In this document: piece after piece, positions 25,666 to 35,605 of the stretch | Layout of the letters: every line of letters begins with the position of its first letter | Position numbering within the stretch: the stretch's first letter is position 1 | IMG/VR virus record: IMGVR_UViG_3300035180_000254 | Direction: 5' to 3' (one strand) | DNA from: a virus | Length of the DNA stretch: 64,000 nt | Made by a program: the position numbers and the translations under genes | Notes under the pieces: generated by a model | The model's input: only the letters and a program-made list of their open reading frames with translations | The model's database searches: none | Told to the model about the DNA's origin: nothing

Positions 25666-25851
25666 ATGAATAAATTCGACGACCCCATTGAGCGCGTCAT
25701 GGTAGACCTCAAAGGAGCTGCGCAAGGGTTCAGGGACGGCCTCCGCGACGGGCAACGTACGGAAGAACCGACGGCCACCAGCACATGGGCTAAGGTCGTA
25801 CTGTGGGCTGTGGCTGCGGTTGTGGTGCTCGCGGTGATGGTGCGGCTGTAA
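25666..25851 (+). CDS. small membrane protein (61 aa)
   Basis: ATG at 25666 follows GGAGG. C-terminal TM segment WAKVVLWAVAAVVVLAVMV. Confidence 0.45.
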   Translation: MNKFDDPIERVMVDLKGAAQGFRDGLRDGQRTEEPTATSTWAKVVLWAVAAVVVLAVMVRL

Positions 25852-25938
25852 ACGACCTACGGGTGGGCGCTAAGCGCTAAAATACCGCCATCCCACTGGA
25901 GCTGCAGGCTATGAAGGTGCTTCCCTCAAGGAGCACCC

Positions 25939-27750
25939 ATGGCTACCAACGTCTCTCTCCGACCCAACTGGGCGTACGGCACTAACGATGCAGGCGCTCC
26001 GGGGCGCGTACCCGATATGGGTGCCCCCGGCCCGTACACTCCGCAGCCCCAAGCGGCCCCGGCGCCCGGCACCTCCCCCTACGCCGCAGGCAACGCGACG
26101 GCGCAAGACGTAGCCGACAAGTACCGCCTGCGCCAGCCTGCCTACGACGCTGCGCAGCGTATGAAGGCCGCATCCGGCATCGAAGCGCCCCGCGCCGGTA
26201 CTGCCGGTGCGCTCGCTGGCATCGCCATAGGTTCCGCCGCCGAGTCGGCTGGTACCCCCACGGCGAACTACCGTCGACGCCTGGGTATGGACCCGAACGG
26301 CGACGACCTGGCTGGCGACCTCGGGGCACGAACCGTGGGCGTCATGTCCGACTTCGGCGCGAAGGTTCTGGACGCCCCGGTGGACCTCCTGAACGCAGGC
26401 TCCCGTATGTTCGGCGGCAAGGGCGACATGCAGCTCCCTGACGGCTCGTTCTCCGACAGTATCCGTCGTCAAGACGGCGAGAACCCCACGCCCGACGCTG
26501 CGGCCCCCCTAACCCCTAACCCCTCCCTACGCCCTGCCACTGGCGCTGGCGCTGGCCGGGCCAGCCCTGGCTTCGACGACCCACGCCGTGTGGATCGTGA
26601 CCCCTCGCGCGCGAGTCTGGGCACCATGCGCGACTACACCAACGAGCTGGCCAACGTGCCCAGAGACCTGCCCGGCGACCTGCGCCAAGGCGTGATCTAC
26701 AAGACCAAGGGCGCGCACGGCGAGACCGTGTACAGCGGCAAGAACGTCACCGGCGACGCGCAGCTTGTGGACGGGAAGGGCGCGACCATCCAAGGCGGCG
26801 GCTCCGTGAGCACCGTGCCCGGCGTGGACCCAGCTGCTGTACGCCAAGCGCTGGCCAATCCTGACGGCTCTCGCTGGAGCGCTGGCGACAACGCCATCAT
26901 GGCTGCGAACCTGCGCGACGGTGTGGACCCCTACCGTGGCACCTCGCGCCAAACTGGCGCAGGCAAGGACGCCCAGATGGACAGCCTGCGTGCCCTGGCC
27001 TCGAACCCCAATGCCATTGGCCACAACGGCGCTGCGCGCCTGTTGGGCACACTCATGGGCGATGACACCGCCCGACGCGGTCAGGACATCAACGAGAACG
27101 AAAACATCCGCAACAACATGACCCAGCTGCGCGGTCAGGACATGACCAACCTGACGGCGCGCGCGCGCATGCAGTACGACATGAATAAGGACCAGCGCGA
27201 CTTCGCCGCTGGCCGCAGCGACGCCGACTTCACCCAGCGCCAAGCTGCCAAGAAGGCGATGGACGAGCAGATCGACGCGCGCTTCACTGACCCTGCCACC
27301 GGCAAGGTGGACCCGGTGAAGGCCGATGAATACAAGCAGTTCATGAACAATGGCATCGCCGACACAGCCGCGAAGCTGAAGGCCTCCAACGACCCGCGTG
27401 AGCAGGCCCTGGGCAAGAAGCTCGATGGCCGCAGCTACGCCGACATGGACCCTGAGGACCACTCCGCGATGGAGCAGCTCTGGCAGAACCGTGAAGCCTC
27501 CCGCAAGGCCAACGGCTGGATGCCGACCACCGGCAATTTCACCGATAGTCTGCGCCCCAAGGACTGGGCACCTACCGGTGTGGACAGCCGCACCATCGGC
27601 GGTGACCACGTGCAATTCAAGAACGGCTCGCACGTGTCTGTGAACGACCTGACCGGCAGCACGCTGGGTCTCGGCCCCAAGCAGACCGCTGCGTTCGACC
27701 CGACCCTGCGCGCCGCGCAGGAAGCACAACTCCGCCGCCAAGGACGCTAA
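25939..27750 (+). CDS. putative internal virion protein
   Basis: 603 aa, AAGGAG SD. P/G/A-rich low-complexity N-terminus and a polar C-terminal half. Confidence 0.55.
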   Translation: MATNVSLRPNWAYGTNDAGAPGRVPDMGAPGPYTPQPQAAPAPGTSPYAAGNATAQDVADKYRLRQPAYDAAQRMKAASGIEAPRAGTAGALAGIAIGSAAESAGTPTANYRRRLGMDPNGDDLAGDLGARTVGVMSDFGAKVLDAPVDLLNAGSRMFGGKGDMQLPDGSFSDSIRRQDGENPTPDAAAPLTPNPSLRPATGAGAGRASPGFDDPRRVDRDPSRASLGTMRDYTNELANVPRDLPGDLRQGVIYKTKGAHGETVYSGKNVTGDAQLVDGKGATIQGGGSVSTVPGVDPAAVRQALANPDGSRWSAGDNAIMAANLRDGVDPYRGTSRQTGAGKDAQMDSLRALASNPNAIGHNGAARLLGTLMGDDTARRGQDINENENIRNNMTQLRGQDMTNLTARARMQYDMNKDQRDFAAGRSDADFTQRQAAKKAMDEQIDARFTDPATGKVDPVKADEYKQFMNNGIADTAAKLKASNDPREQALGKKLDGRSYADMDPEDHSAMEQLWQNREASRKANGWMPTTGNFTDSLRPKDWAPTGVDSRTIGGDHVQFKNGSHVSVNDLTGSTLGLGPKQTAAFDPTLRAAQEAQLRRQGR

Positions 27751-27753
27751 GCC

Positions 27754-30700
27754 ATGGGAATTCTCGCCGACGCACTACGCTCGCAAGCCGCTGCCACGGA
27801 CGACGGTCCCTACCAGGCCCCCGAGTCCGAACCCTCCAAGGGCCTGCGCGGTGGCGTGGCGTCTCTGAGTGCCCAGCTCAACGCCTTCGCCGGTAGCGCT
27901 GGCCGGTCCGCTGGACTGACCAACTTCGCCGATGGCCGCGATGAGGCCGTCCGACGGAACCTCGCCGAGGCCCAAGAGGCCGACCGAGCAGCCGCCACCC
28001 CCACCTGGGACGGCGTGCATGACCTACGCAGCGGCCTGAACTGGGCTGGCTACAAGGCAGGCCAAGCGCTCCCGGCCCTGGTCGGTGGTGTCGCGGCTGG
28101 TGCTGCTGGTGCCGCCGCCGCCCCGGCGCTGGGTATAGGTGCTGGCGTAGGTGCCCTGGCTGGCTCGACCCTGGCCTTCACCCCGGTGAACGCGGGCGAC
28201 ATCGCCCTGCGCAACCCGAACAGCGCTTTCAGCACCCAACTGGCTGGTGGTGCGATCTCCGCGCTGGCCGAAAACGCCCTGCCCGGTGCGCTCGGCGGGC
28301 GTTTGGCAGGTGCGGGCCTGCGCGAGGGTGCCACGCAAGCAGCAAAACGAACACTCAGTCAGACAATCCAGCACCAAGGGGCCGAGAACATCCTGGGCCA
28401 GGGCGCTGCCATGGGCGTCGGTGAGGGCGTCAAGCAGGCCGCTTCAGGGCAGGAGTACGACGACGCAGCCATGAAAGACGCCGCTTTGGGCGGCGCGGTC
28501 ATGGGCATACCCCTGGCCGGTGGCCATGTGGCCGCTGATGTGCTGACCGGCACCCCGGTCAAGGGCGTGAATGCTATCAGGGACGCAGCCAAAGCGGCCA
28601 AGGACAGGGTTTCTGAGGCTACTGGCACCCCTGGTAGCCCGGAGGTCCCCGAGGCCCCCAAATCGCCCAGTCCGCTGGAGCGCATGCGCAAGGCCTTCAC
28701 CCCCAAGGAAGACGATGGCCTGGCCAAGGTCGCCGAGGGCCAGCCGCTGAACACCGAGAACGAAATTGCCGGTGCTGCGGGTCAGGAAGCCAACGACAAG
28801 ACCGCCTTCGAGAAGGTCCGCGCCAGCCTGAGCGAGATGGCCGAGGACGTGGGTATCTCCCCCGAGATGCGCCAGTCGGCCAAGGACACTTTGGACAACC
28901 TGGCCAGTCACCCTTCTGCGGTGCGTATGGGTGCAACCCTGGCCAGCGGCTGGAAAGCAGCCAAGGAAAAAGCCGAGGGCCTGAAGGACTTCGTCACTGA
29001 CAGCGTGAAGGACTTCAACGCCCGCCAGGAGAACCCTGGCGGTACGGACGCCCGCATCACCGACAAGGACTCCAACACCATCGACGCGGATGCCAAGGAG
29101 GTCAAACGCTCCGACGACTTCTCCGGTGAGCGCAAGGTGCTGACCGACGTGGCGGCTCCGTGGCTCCAGAAGAACAGCCCCGACACCTTGAACGACCCCG
29201 AGGCGATGAAGAACGTCGGCGAGCTGTTCCGCCAGGTCCTGCACCACACCTACACCTCCGACGCGCCGCTGCCCGAGGGGATCAAGAACGGCCTGTTCCA
29301 GCACTTCGGCGACGACACGACCAAGCTGCTGGACCAGATGAATGCCGCCCGTGGCGACACGCCTCCAGCGCAGCTGGTGAAGCACGCAGACCAGATGGGC
29401 AATCTGGCCGCAGACCAGAAGGCCTTCGGCTCCCTGAAAGGCATGGTGCAGAAGGCCCTGGAGGAGAACGGCCACGCCGACTCCATGGACGCGGGCGAAC
29501 TGACCCGTCACATGATGGACTGGTATGCACGCGATCCGCGCAACCGCGAGGGCGCTGGCACCGACGAGTTCCTGGTCGCCAAGGCCAGCAACGAAGCCCG
29601 TCAGGTACAGGACCTGATGGAGTCCACTTTGGGCAAGCACACCAAGAAAATCCAGAAGGCTCTGGAGTCCGAGATTCTGCGCCAGCGTGGCGTGCATGAA
29701 GAAGCCACCGCTGGCCGGGGCCGAGACCTGCCCGACGAAGACGAGCACATGTACGACGAGGGTGAGGGCGACAACAACTCCAGCGACCCGGCCATGGACC
29801 GTGTGCAGTATGGCGGTGGCAAGAGCAAGAACCAGCCGCTGTATGACCCGGCTAAGTTCAAGGCAGAGAACCGCGAGGGTCAGAACTACGGCCAGCAGGC
29901 TCTGTATGACGCTCAGGCCAAGCACCCTGACCGCAAGGTGGCCTGGAAATCCGAGAAAGAACTGGGCGTGGGCAAGGGCCGTGAGGACCACGGCTTTGTG
30001 GTGGCCGAGAAGCTGGCTGACAGCGACGGCTTCCAAGGCCAGGACTACAAGCGCATGGCGTTCAACACGAAGTCCTACGGCGGCGACAAGGCTCACCCCT
30101 CCCGCATCGACGTGGACGGCCACACGCTGGACGCCACCAAGATCGAACGCGCCGGTGCCAAGCACATGCAGCGCACCGGCATCGCCCCCGAAGGTGACGC
30201 ACTGGCGCGCAAGAACCAGGCCCTGCTGCACGGCATCTCGCAGCTGATGATTGAGCACCCCGAGTTCAAGCCCAGCCCTGATCTGGTGGTGCGCCACACG
30301 GACGGCAAGCCCGTCACGCTGAAAGAGATCAAGGGCGCAGACACCGTAGGTGTGCGCTCCTCCGCACGTACCAAGGCCCAAGAGACCCTGGACGGCATGG
30401 AGACCCATGAGATCGAGAGCATCTACCGGCGCAACCACAACGCCATCAAAGAAGCTGAAGACAAACTGCGCGAACACGTGGCCGGTCTGGTGGCCCAGCG
30501 TGAAAGCGAGATAGGCGCTGAGCTGCCAGCATGGCGCGCACGCGAGCTGAAGTACGAGCTGTTCAAGGACAAGGACCTGCGCGAGCACTTCGGACTGAAC
30601 GAGTTGGAATCCAAAGGCCGCACCCTGAGCAGCGAGCTGTTCAAGCGCGAGCGCAGCGACTCTGCCCAGGACATGCTGGCCAAGAACGGCCAGCAGGACA

Positions 30701-33700
30701 TCGGTGAGGACGCCAACATCCATCAGATTCAGTCCCTGAAGGGCTCGGGCAATAACGGTGAGCACCGCATCACGACCAACATGGACGGCACGCCGCGCTA
30801 CACCCAGACCCGCAGCACCGGTGGCGGCGGTGAGAAGGCACGCGGCCACCAAGGGCACGAGGCGGTGGTGGACCGTGGGCACGAGCTGATCGCTGCGGTG
30901 CAGGCCAAGACCGGTCTGCAGAGCCGCACCGGCAACACGCTGGGTCACGCCATGCTGCAACTGTCTGAGCACATGGATGCCATGACCCCGCGCGAGCGCG
31001 CAAGCCTCGTGGCCATGACCCACCATGAGGCCACCACCGACGTGATCGCCAAGACCCTGGCCCCGCTGCAGGACAAGTACCTGGGTGCTGACTGGAAGGC
31101 CCCTGAACCGGCCAAAACTGCCAAGGGTGACGTGCCCAAGCAGAGCAACCTGAAGGACACGAAGGTCCAAGGCCCTAGCAACCACGAGCTGGGCAGCAAG
31201 GCCGATGCGCCATGGGAGAAGGTGTTCGGCAAGGACTTCGGACGCGGTGAGGCCAAGCCCTCCGAGACTGCGGCCAAGTCCACCCGTGACCTAGCTGACA
31301 AGCGCAATGGCTCCAATCTGTTTGGGGGAAACCCCGACCCAAAAGCGGTAGCCGCCGAGAAGGCGGCTTCCTCTGGTAAGAGCTTGGAGCGCCTGCAGCG
31401 CGAGTTCCCCGACATGGCACTGCGCCGTGCCTCCCCCGAGGAGCAAGCCCACATCGACGGCGTGCTTGACCGTGTTAAGGCGTCACTCGGCGACCGCATG
31501 CCTGAGATTCAAGGAATCCAGGTCCACGACACCAACGACCAGAAGTTCGCTGGTAAAGCGGTGACCCGCGAGAGCCTGCACCACATCATCCTGAACAAGC
31601 AGCTGTTCGACGACCACACGCTGTTCACAGGCTCGTTGGAGGGTAAGGTAGAGCGCGCGGTGGCGCATGAGGTGGGGCACCTCCTCGACCGCGAGCTGGG
31701 GAACTACTCCGACAACCACGACGACTTCTTCCGCGACGGCGATCTCCACGGAGAGATTCAGGCCGCGATGGAGAAAAACGGCACGCTCCGTCAGTGGTAC
31801 GCTCAGGCGATGACCACGGCGCGCAACCCGCAGCGTGAGTTGTTCTCCCAGTCTTTTGCCCTATATCAATTCAACCCGGAGGTAATGCGTGAAGTCCTTC
31901 CAAAGACCTACGAAGCCATCAAAGCCCTCACCGAACGAGGATCGCGGGGACCAGCTGAAGCTGGGCGGGCTGGCGTACAAGCCGAAGCCGGGGGAGGTGT
32001 CAGTGTTCAGCAGGCCCGCTTCACCGAAGCCGTCCGCAAAGGCGACCCCAAAGTCCTCGAAGAGCTGAAGACCAGCAACGACCCGAAGTCGCTCCAACGC
32101 GCCGTCGAGGCGCTGGCTGGCGAGGAGCCTACACCTGAGGTGATGAAGGCCACGGACGTGGCCAACGCACGCATCGCCGAGCTACTGCACGCCAACCCCG
32201 ACACAGCCTACGGCATGCAGACCAAGAAGTACAGCCTCGAAGGCACGCTCCATGAGCGCGGCTCACGGTCTGCTACCGAGGCAGTGAAGGACTACCTGGA
32301 CCGCGTCACTCCGTGGGTGCGCCAGCAGCTGGACCGGTTCATGCCGCACGCCGGTGAGTACGACCCGGCTGGCGTCATCCGCGTGGCGGTGAATGCACTA
32401 AACCCGCGCAGCACGGCCTACCACGAGTCCATGCACGCGTTCTTCCACGACCTCATGACCAAGGGCCACGGCGATGTGGTCGACGTGCTGCAGAAGGTCG
32501 CTGACTCTCCCGTGGTGCTGGCCCAGATGAAGCAGTTCTTCAAGGATGAGATCGGCGTGCTGCGCCAGCTCAAGAATGATCCCGAAGAGCGCGTGGCCGT
32601 GATGTACCAGATGTGGGCGCAGGGCAAACTGAACCTGGCACCCAAGGCCGAGGGGCTGTTTGGTCGCATCGGTCAGTTCCTGCGCGGCCTGATAGGTCAC
32701 TGGACCAACGAAGAGCACGCCGAGCACATCATGAACTACTTCCACAGCGGTGAGTACGCTGAGGACCGCCTGGAGCCTAGCGTGGTGGCCAAGGCCCTGA
32801 TGTCCAAGAACCTGACCCAGGTGGCTGCGCAAATCCGCACGCTGGCCAAGCCGCTGACCCACCTCGCTGAGGAAGTGGTCGGTTCCGGTGGCCAGAACCT
32901 GCGCGACACCAACGTGCCCTCGCTGCAGCGCATCGCTGAGCTGGTGAAGAAGAAGTACACCGACGAGGGCCGTGACGCTGGCTACATCCCGGCATCGCGT
33001 GAGGCCTACACCGAGCGTGCCAACAAGCTGGCCGGTCTGGTGGAGGGCGCTGATGAGTCTGTGCAGCGCGAGGCGCTGCAGGCGCTGCAGACCGGCAAGG
33101 TGCCGACCTCTCCTGAGGCCAAGGCCCTGCACCAAGGTATCCGCGCACTGCTCGACGAAGCACACAGCTACCTGACCGCAGCCGGTGTGAAGCTCGGTGA
33201 CCTGGGCGTGGGCAAGGACTACTTCCCCCGCACCTGGGACCCGCACTACCTGTCCAAGAACAAGGAAGCGTTCATGGACATGGCGCGGCACTACCCCGAG
33301 TGGCACAACCCCGAGGAGACCTACAACAAGCTGGTGGCCGCTGACGGTTCCGAGCTGCAAGTCGTTGGCCAGCCGGGTATGGGATCGAATAAGGAGCGTG
33401 TGCTGTCCTTCATCTCGCATGAGGACGCTGCGCCCTTCATGACCAAGGAGCTGCTGCCCATCGTGAGCAGCTACCTCCAACAGGCCACGCGCAAGGCTGA
33501 GTGGGCACGGCGCTTCGGCGGCGACAACCACCGCATGAACGAGCTGCTGGACCAGGCCCGGCGCGAAGGTGCCACGGTGCGTGACATCAAGAACACCGAG
33601 CGCTACATCCAAGCTGTGAACGGCACACTGGGCGATGACCTGAACCCTACGGCTCGACGCCTCATGGGCGACATGATCGTGTACCAGAACATCCGTCTGC

Positions 33701-34719
33701 TGCCGCTAGCGTTCTTCAGCGGCATCGTGGACCCCATGGGCATCGCAGTCCGTGGTGGTGGTGTGGGCAACGCATGGAAGGCCTTCACCCGTGGCATCTC
33801 GGAGATCTCCGCAGGCCTGAAGGGCACCGGCTCCAAGGACGCGGCCACGAAGTTGGCTGAGGACCTGGACGTGATCAGCAAGGCATCTCTGACCCACGCG
33901 CTGGGCGCGACCTACACGCAGGGTGTGGTGGGCGGCACGGCACGCAAGATCAACGACACGTTCTTTCGCTTCAACCTGATGGAGCAGTGGAACACCTCCA
34001 TGCGCGTGGGCGCGACAGAGGCAGCACTGCAGTTCATCGCCAAGCACTCCAAGGGCGAGAGCGTCCACAGCGCACGCTACATGAAGGAGCTGGGCCTGAA
34101 CCCGAGCGATGTGAAGATGGTGGATGGCCGCGTGGCTACCGGCACACATGAAGGTCTGAGCCTGGAGCAGGCAGCACGCATCAAGTCCGCTGTGAACCAG
34201 TGGGTGGATGGTGCCATGCTCCGGCCTGATGCCGCCGACAAGGCTGTGTGGATGTCTGACCCTCACTTTATGCTGATCAGCCACCTCAAGCAGTTCGTCT
34301 ACGCCTTCCACCACACCATTCTGGGACGGGTGGTGCATGAGGCCAAGAACGGCAACTACAGCCCCGCGATGGCGCTCATGGGCTACGTGCCCATCATGAT
34401 CGCTGCGGACGCGGCCAAGGGCTTCATACAGACTGGTGGCGGCGTGCCAAGCTGGAAGAAGGACTGGGGCGTGGGTGACTACCTGGAGAACGGCATCGAA
34501 CGCGCAGGTCTCTATGGCGTGGGCCAGATCGGTCTGGACGCAGCACGCGGGAATTTTGGCTCGGTCACAGGTCCGAGCATTGAGCAGTTGGGTGACGCCA
34601 TGAAGACGCTGGCCGGACGCGAGACCTACCAATCCTTCATCCTGCATTCGATGCCAGCGAATGCTCTGTATGCGAATGCGTTCGGCGGAGGAAAGGCGGA
34701 CCCGACTTTTGCGGAGTGA
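27754..34719 (+). CDS. giant (2321 aa) internal virion / polyvalent-type protein with two HExxH motifs
   Basis: Single uninterrupted ORF at the end of the structural operon. Gly/Ala-rich hydrophobic segments near the N-terminus (about 28030-28350). HEVGH at 31666-31680 and HESMH at 32422-32436. Confidence 0.8.
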   Translation: MGILADALRSQAAATDDGPYQAPESEPSKGLRGGVASLSAQLNAFAGSAGRSAGLTNFADGRDEAVRRNLAEAQEADRAAATPTWDGVHDLRSGLNWAGYKAGQALPALVGGVAAGAAGAAAAPALGIGAGVGALAGSTLAFTPVNAGDIALRNPNSAFSTQLAGGAISALAENALPGALGGRLAGAGLREGATQAAKRTLSQTIQHQGAENILGQGAAMGVGEGVKQAASGQEYDDAAMKDAALGGAVMGIPLAGGHVAADVLTGTPVKGVNAIRDAAKAAKDRVSEATGTPGSPEVPEAPKSPSPLERMRKAFTPKEDDGLAKVAEGQPLNTENEIAGAAGQEANDKTAFEKVRASLSEMAEDVGISPEMRQSAKDTLDNLASHPSAVRMGATLASGWKAAKEKAEGLKDFVTDSVKDFNARQENPGGTDARITDKDSNTIDADAKEVKRSDDFSGERKVLTDVAAPWLQKNSPDTLNDPEAMKNVGELFRQVLHHTYTSDAPLPEGIKNGLFQHFGDDTTKLLDQMNAARGDTPPAQLVKHADQMGNLAADQKAFGSLKGMVQKALEENGHADSMDAGELTRHMMDWYARDPRNREGAGTDEFLVAKASNEARQVQDLMESTLGKHTKKIQKALESEILRQRGVHEEATAGRGRDLPDEDEHMYDEGEGDNNSSDPAMDRVQYGGGKSKNQPLYDPAKFKAENREGQNYGQQALYDAQAKHPDRKVAWKSEKELGVGKGREDHGFVVAEKLADSDGFQGQDYKRMAFNTKSYGGDKAHPSRIDVDGHTLDATKIERAGAKHMQRTGIAPEGDALARKNQALLHGISQLMIEHPEFKPSPDLVVRHTDGKPVTLKEIKGADTVGVRSSARTKAQETLDGMETHEIESIYRRNHNAIKEAEDKLREHVAGLVAQRESEIGAELPAWRARELKYELFKDKDLREHFGLNELESKGRTLSSELFKRERSDSAQDMLAKNGQQDIGEDANIHQIQSLKGSGNNGEHRITTNMDGTPRYTQTRSTGGGGEKARGHQGHEAVVDRGHELIAAVQAKTGLQSRTGNTLGHAMLQLSEHMDAMTPRERASLVAMTHHEATTDVIAKTLAPLQDKYLGADWKAPEPAKTAKGDVPKQSNLKDTKVQGPSNHELGSKADAPWEKVFGKDFGRGEAKPSETAAKSTRDLADKRNGSNLFGGNPDPKAVAAEKAASSGKSLERLQREFPDMALRRASPEEQAHIDGVLDRVKASLGDRMPEIQGIQVHDTNDQKFAGKAVTRESLHHIILNKQLFDDHTLFTGSLEGKVERAVAHEVGHLLDRELGNYSDNHDDFFRDGDLHGEIQAAMEKNGTLRQWYAQAMTTARNPQRELFSQSFALYQFNPEVMREVLPKTYEAIKALTERGSRGPAEAGRAGVQAEAGGGVSVQQARFTEAVRKGDPKVLEELKTSNDPKSLQRAVEALAGEEPTPEVMKATDVANARIAELLHANPDTAYGMQTKKYSLEGTLHERGSRSATEAVKDYLDRVTPWVRQQLDRFMPHAGEYDPAGVIRVAVNALNPRSTAYHESMHAFFHDLMTKGHGDVVDVLQKVADSPVVLAQMKQFFKDEIGVLRQLKNDPEERVAVMYQMWAQGKLNLAPKAEGLFGRIGQFLRGLIGHWTNEEHAEHIMNYFHSGEYAEDRLEPSVVAKALMSKNLTQVAAQIRTLAKPLTHLAEEVVGSGGQNLRDTNVPSLQRIAELVKKKYTDEGRDAGYIPASREAYTERANKLAGLVEGADESVQREALQALQTGKVPTSPEAKALHQGIRALLDEAHSYLTAAGVKLGDLGVGKDYFPRTWDPHYLSKNKEAFMDMARHYPEWHNPEETYNKLVAADGSELQVVGQPGMGSNKERVLSFISHEDAAPFMTKELLPIVSSYLQQATRKAEWARRFGGDNHRMNELLDQARREGATVRDIKNTERYIQAVNGTLGDDLNPTARRLMGDMIVYQNIRLLPLAFFSGIVDPMGIAVRGGGVGNAWKAFTRGISEISAGLKGTGSKDAATKLAEDLDVISKASLTHALGATYTQGVVGGTARKINDTFFRFNLMEQWNTSMRVGATEAALQFIAKHSKGESVHSARYMKELGLNPSDVKMVDGRVATGTHEGLSLEQAARIKSAVNQWVDGAMLRPDAADKAVWMSDPHFMLISHLKQFVYAFHHTILGRVVHEAKNGNYSPAMALMGYVPIMIAADAAKGFIQTGGGVPSWKKDWGVGDYLENGIERAGLYGVGQIGLDAARGNFGSVTGPSIEQLGDAMKTLAGRETYQSFILHSMPANALYANAFGGGKADPTFAE

Positions 34720-34740
34720 GTCTTAGGTTACGAAAGCCCG

Positions 34741-34847
34741 CTCTATCTCTATATAGGAATAATTTCTTCTACTTAATACTAATTTAATTTTCTGTAATTG
34801 ATAATTTAATTTTATAAGTATAAGTATATAAGTATATAGAGGGAGAG
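34741..34847. repeat. extreme AT-rich island with flanking inverted repeat and internal direct repeats
   Basis: CTCTATCTCTATATA (34741-34755) pairs with TATATAGAGGGAGAG (34833-34847) at 13 of 15 positions. TAATTTAATTTT occurs twice (34780, 34802). TAAGTATA occurs three times (34815-34836). Confidence 0.6.
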
Positions 34848-34848
34848 C

Positions 34849-35118
34849 TTACGTTTTGCGCAGGCCGGAAACGATCCAGGCTGCAGTGAGAGTGATGACC
34901 CAAGCAATCGCGCCGTACATGGCAATGAGCGCCGCTTCATGTTCGTGATGCAACGACCATTGTGTGCCGCAGATGAACGCGACGAAGCTGGCCCACAGGA
35001 TGCCGAGTTTTGCGCTCGGTGTGGATGAGTAGAGGCTGAATGCAGCAGTGAGGGAGCCGATGGCCGTGAGTGTGATCGACGCATGGTTTCCATAGGTGAA
35101 CCTAAATAGTTTGGGGCT
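34849..35118 (-). pseudogene. hydrophobic (about 3 TM) ORF lacking a usable start codon; possible frameshifted moron
   Basis: 89 open codons between in-frame stops: ...YGNHASITLTAIGSLTAAFSLYSSTPSAKLGILWASFVAFICGTQWSLHHEHEAALIAMYGAIAWVITLTAAWIVSGLRKT*. There is no ATG/GTG/TTG near its 5' end. An ATG at 35093 lies in the adjacent frame. Confidence 0.35.
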
Positions 35119-35187
35119 TTACGCGGCCCAGTTTATTAAAAAGTGGGCCTGAACGCCAGATAGGTCAGCAAATAAGCTACCGGCATA

Positions 35188-35209
35188 ATCTAAACTCTAA
35201 AGCAGATCG
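35188..35209 (+). promoter_or_regulatory. AT-rich 22-bp element (candidate lysis-cassette promoter)
   Basis: ATCTAAACTCTAAAGCAGATCG, the best consensus copy. The next ATG (35219) is 9 nt downstream and has no SD. Confidence 0.5.
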
Positions 35210-35218
35210 AATACGACC

Positions 35219-35605
35219 ATGGACGATTTTCAAAACTCACAGATACCGCAGCCACCAGTGGTGTTGCAAAACCGTCGGGTCAACGACCCGCTATCACCAG
35301 TAATTGAACTGGTGAAACAAATTCACGCCAACCAGATCGCACTGGACGCAAAACTCTCTAAAGGTCTGGGCGACCAGACGATTGAGCTGGCTACAGCAAT
35401 TGCCACCCTCATGAAGGACAGCTTCCCTGAAGGCGACCCTGATGGGCACCGCCGCTACCACGAAGCCAGCATCAAAGCCGCTGAGGAGCGCGCCAAGTTC
35501 TGGGCAGAGCTGAAGGGCAGCGTCGTCAAGTGGGGAGTCGTAGGCGTCCTGACATTCATCGCAGGAGCAGCTTGGAAAGCATTCTTACTGGGACCTAAGC
35601 CATGA
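35219..35605 (+). CDS. membrane-anchored protein at the head of the lysis cassette (holin candidate?)
   Basis: 128 aa. One C-terminal TM (WGVVGVLTFIAGAAWKAFLL). Overlaps the endolysin start. Confidence 0.5.
   Translation: MDDFQNSQIPQPPVVLQNRRVNDPLSPVIELVKQIHANQIALDAKLSKGLGDQTIELATAIATLMKDSFPEGDPDGHRRYHEASIKAAEERAKFWAELKGSVVKWGVVGVLTFIAGAAWKAFLLGPKP

Noticed and set aside
28444-31185. 913-aa antisense ORF. Similar long opposite-strand or off-frame ORFs occur at 4119-5762, 5441-7330, 23760-25394, 26527-27741, 32398-33612, 43583-44920, 47830-49140 and 2032-3156.
   Set aside because: These are typical stop-poor shadow frames of GC-rich coding DNA. Their products are Arg/Gly/Ala/His/Val-rich low complexity, and each fully overlaps a gene with clear motifs on the other strand.
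27754-34719. N4-like virion RNA polymerase that could read the AT-rich elements
   Set aside because: I could not find T7-like RNAP motifs (T/DxxGR, Rx3Kx6-7YG, or a motif-C-type D) by eye. The size and position alone are insufficient. This remains an open question under the promoter finding.
34812-35093. 93-aa track ORF METMRRSHSRPSAPSLL...
   Set aside because: The composition is implausible, and its 3' end runs into the AT island. The overlapping frame encodes a clean three-TM sequence instead (reported as a start-less ORF).
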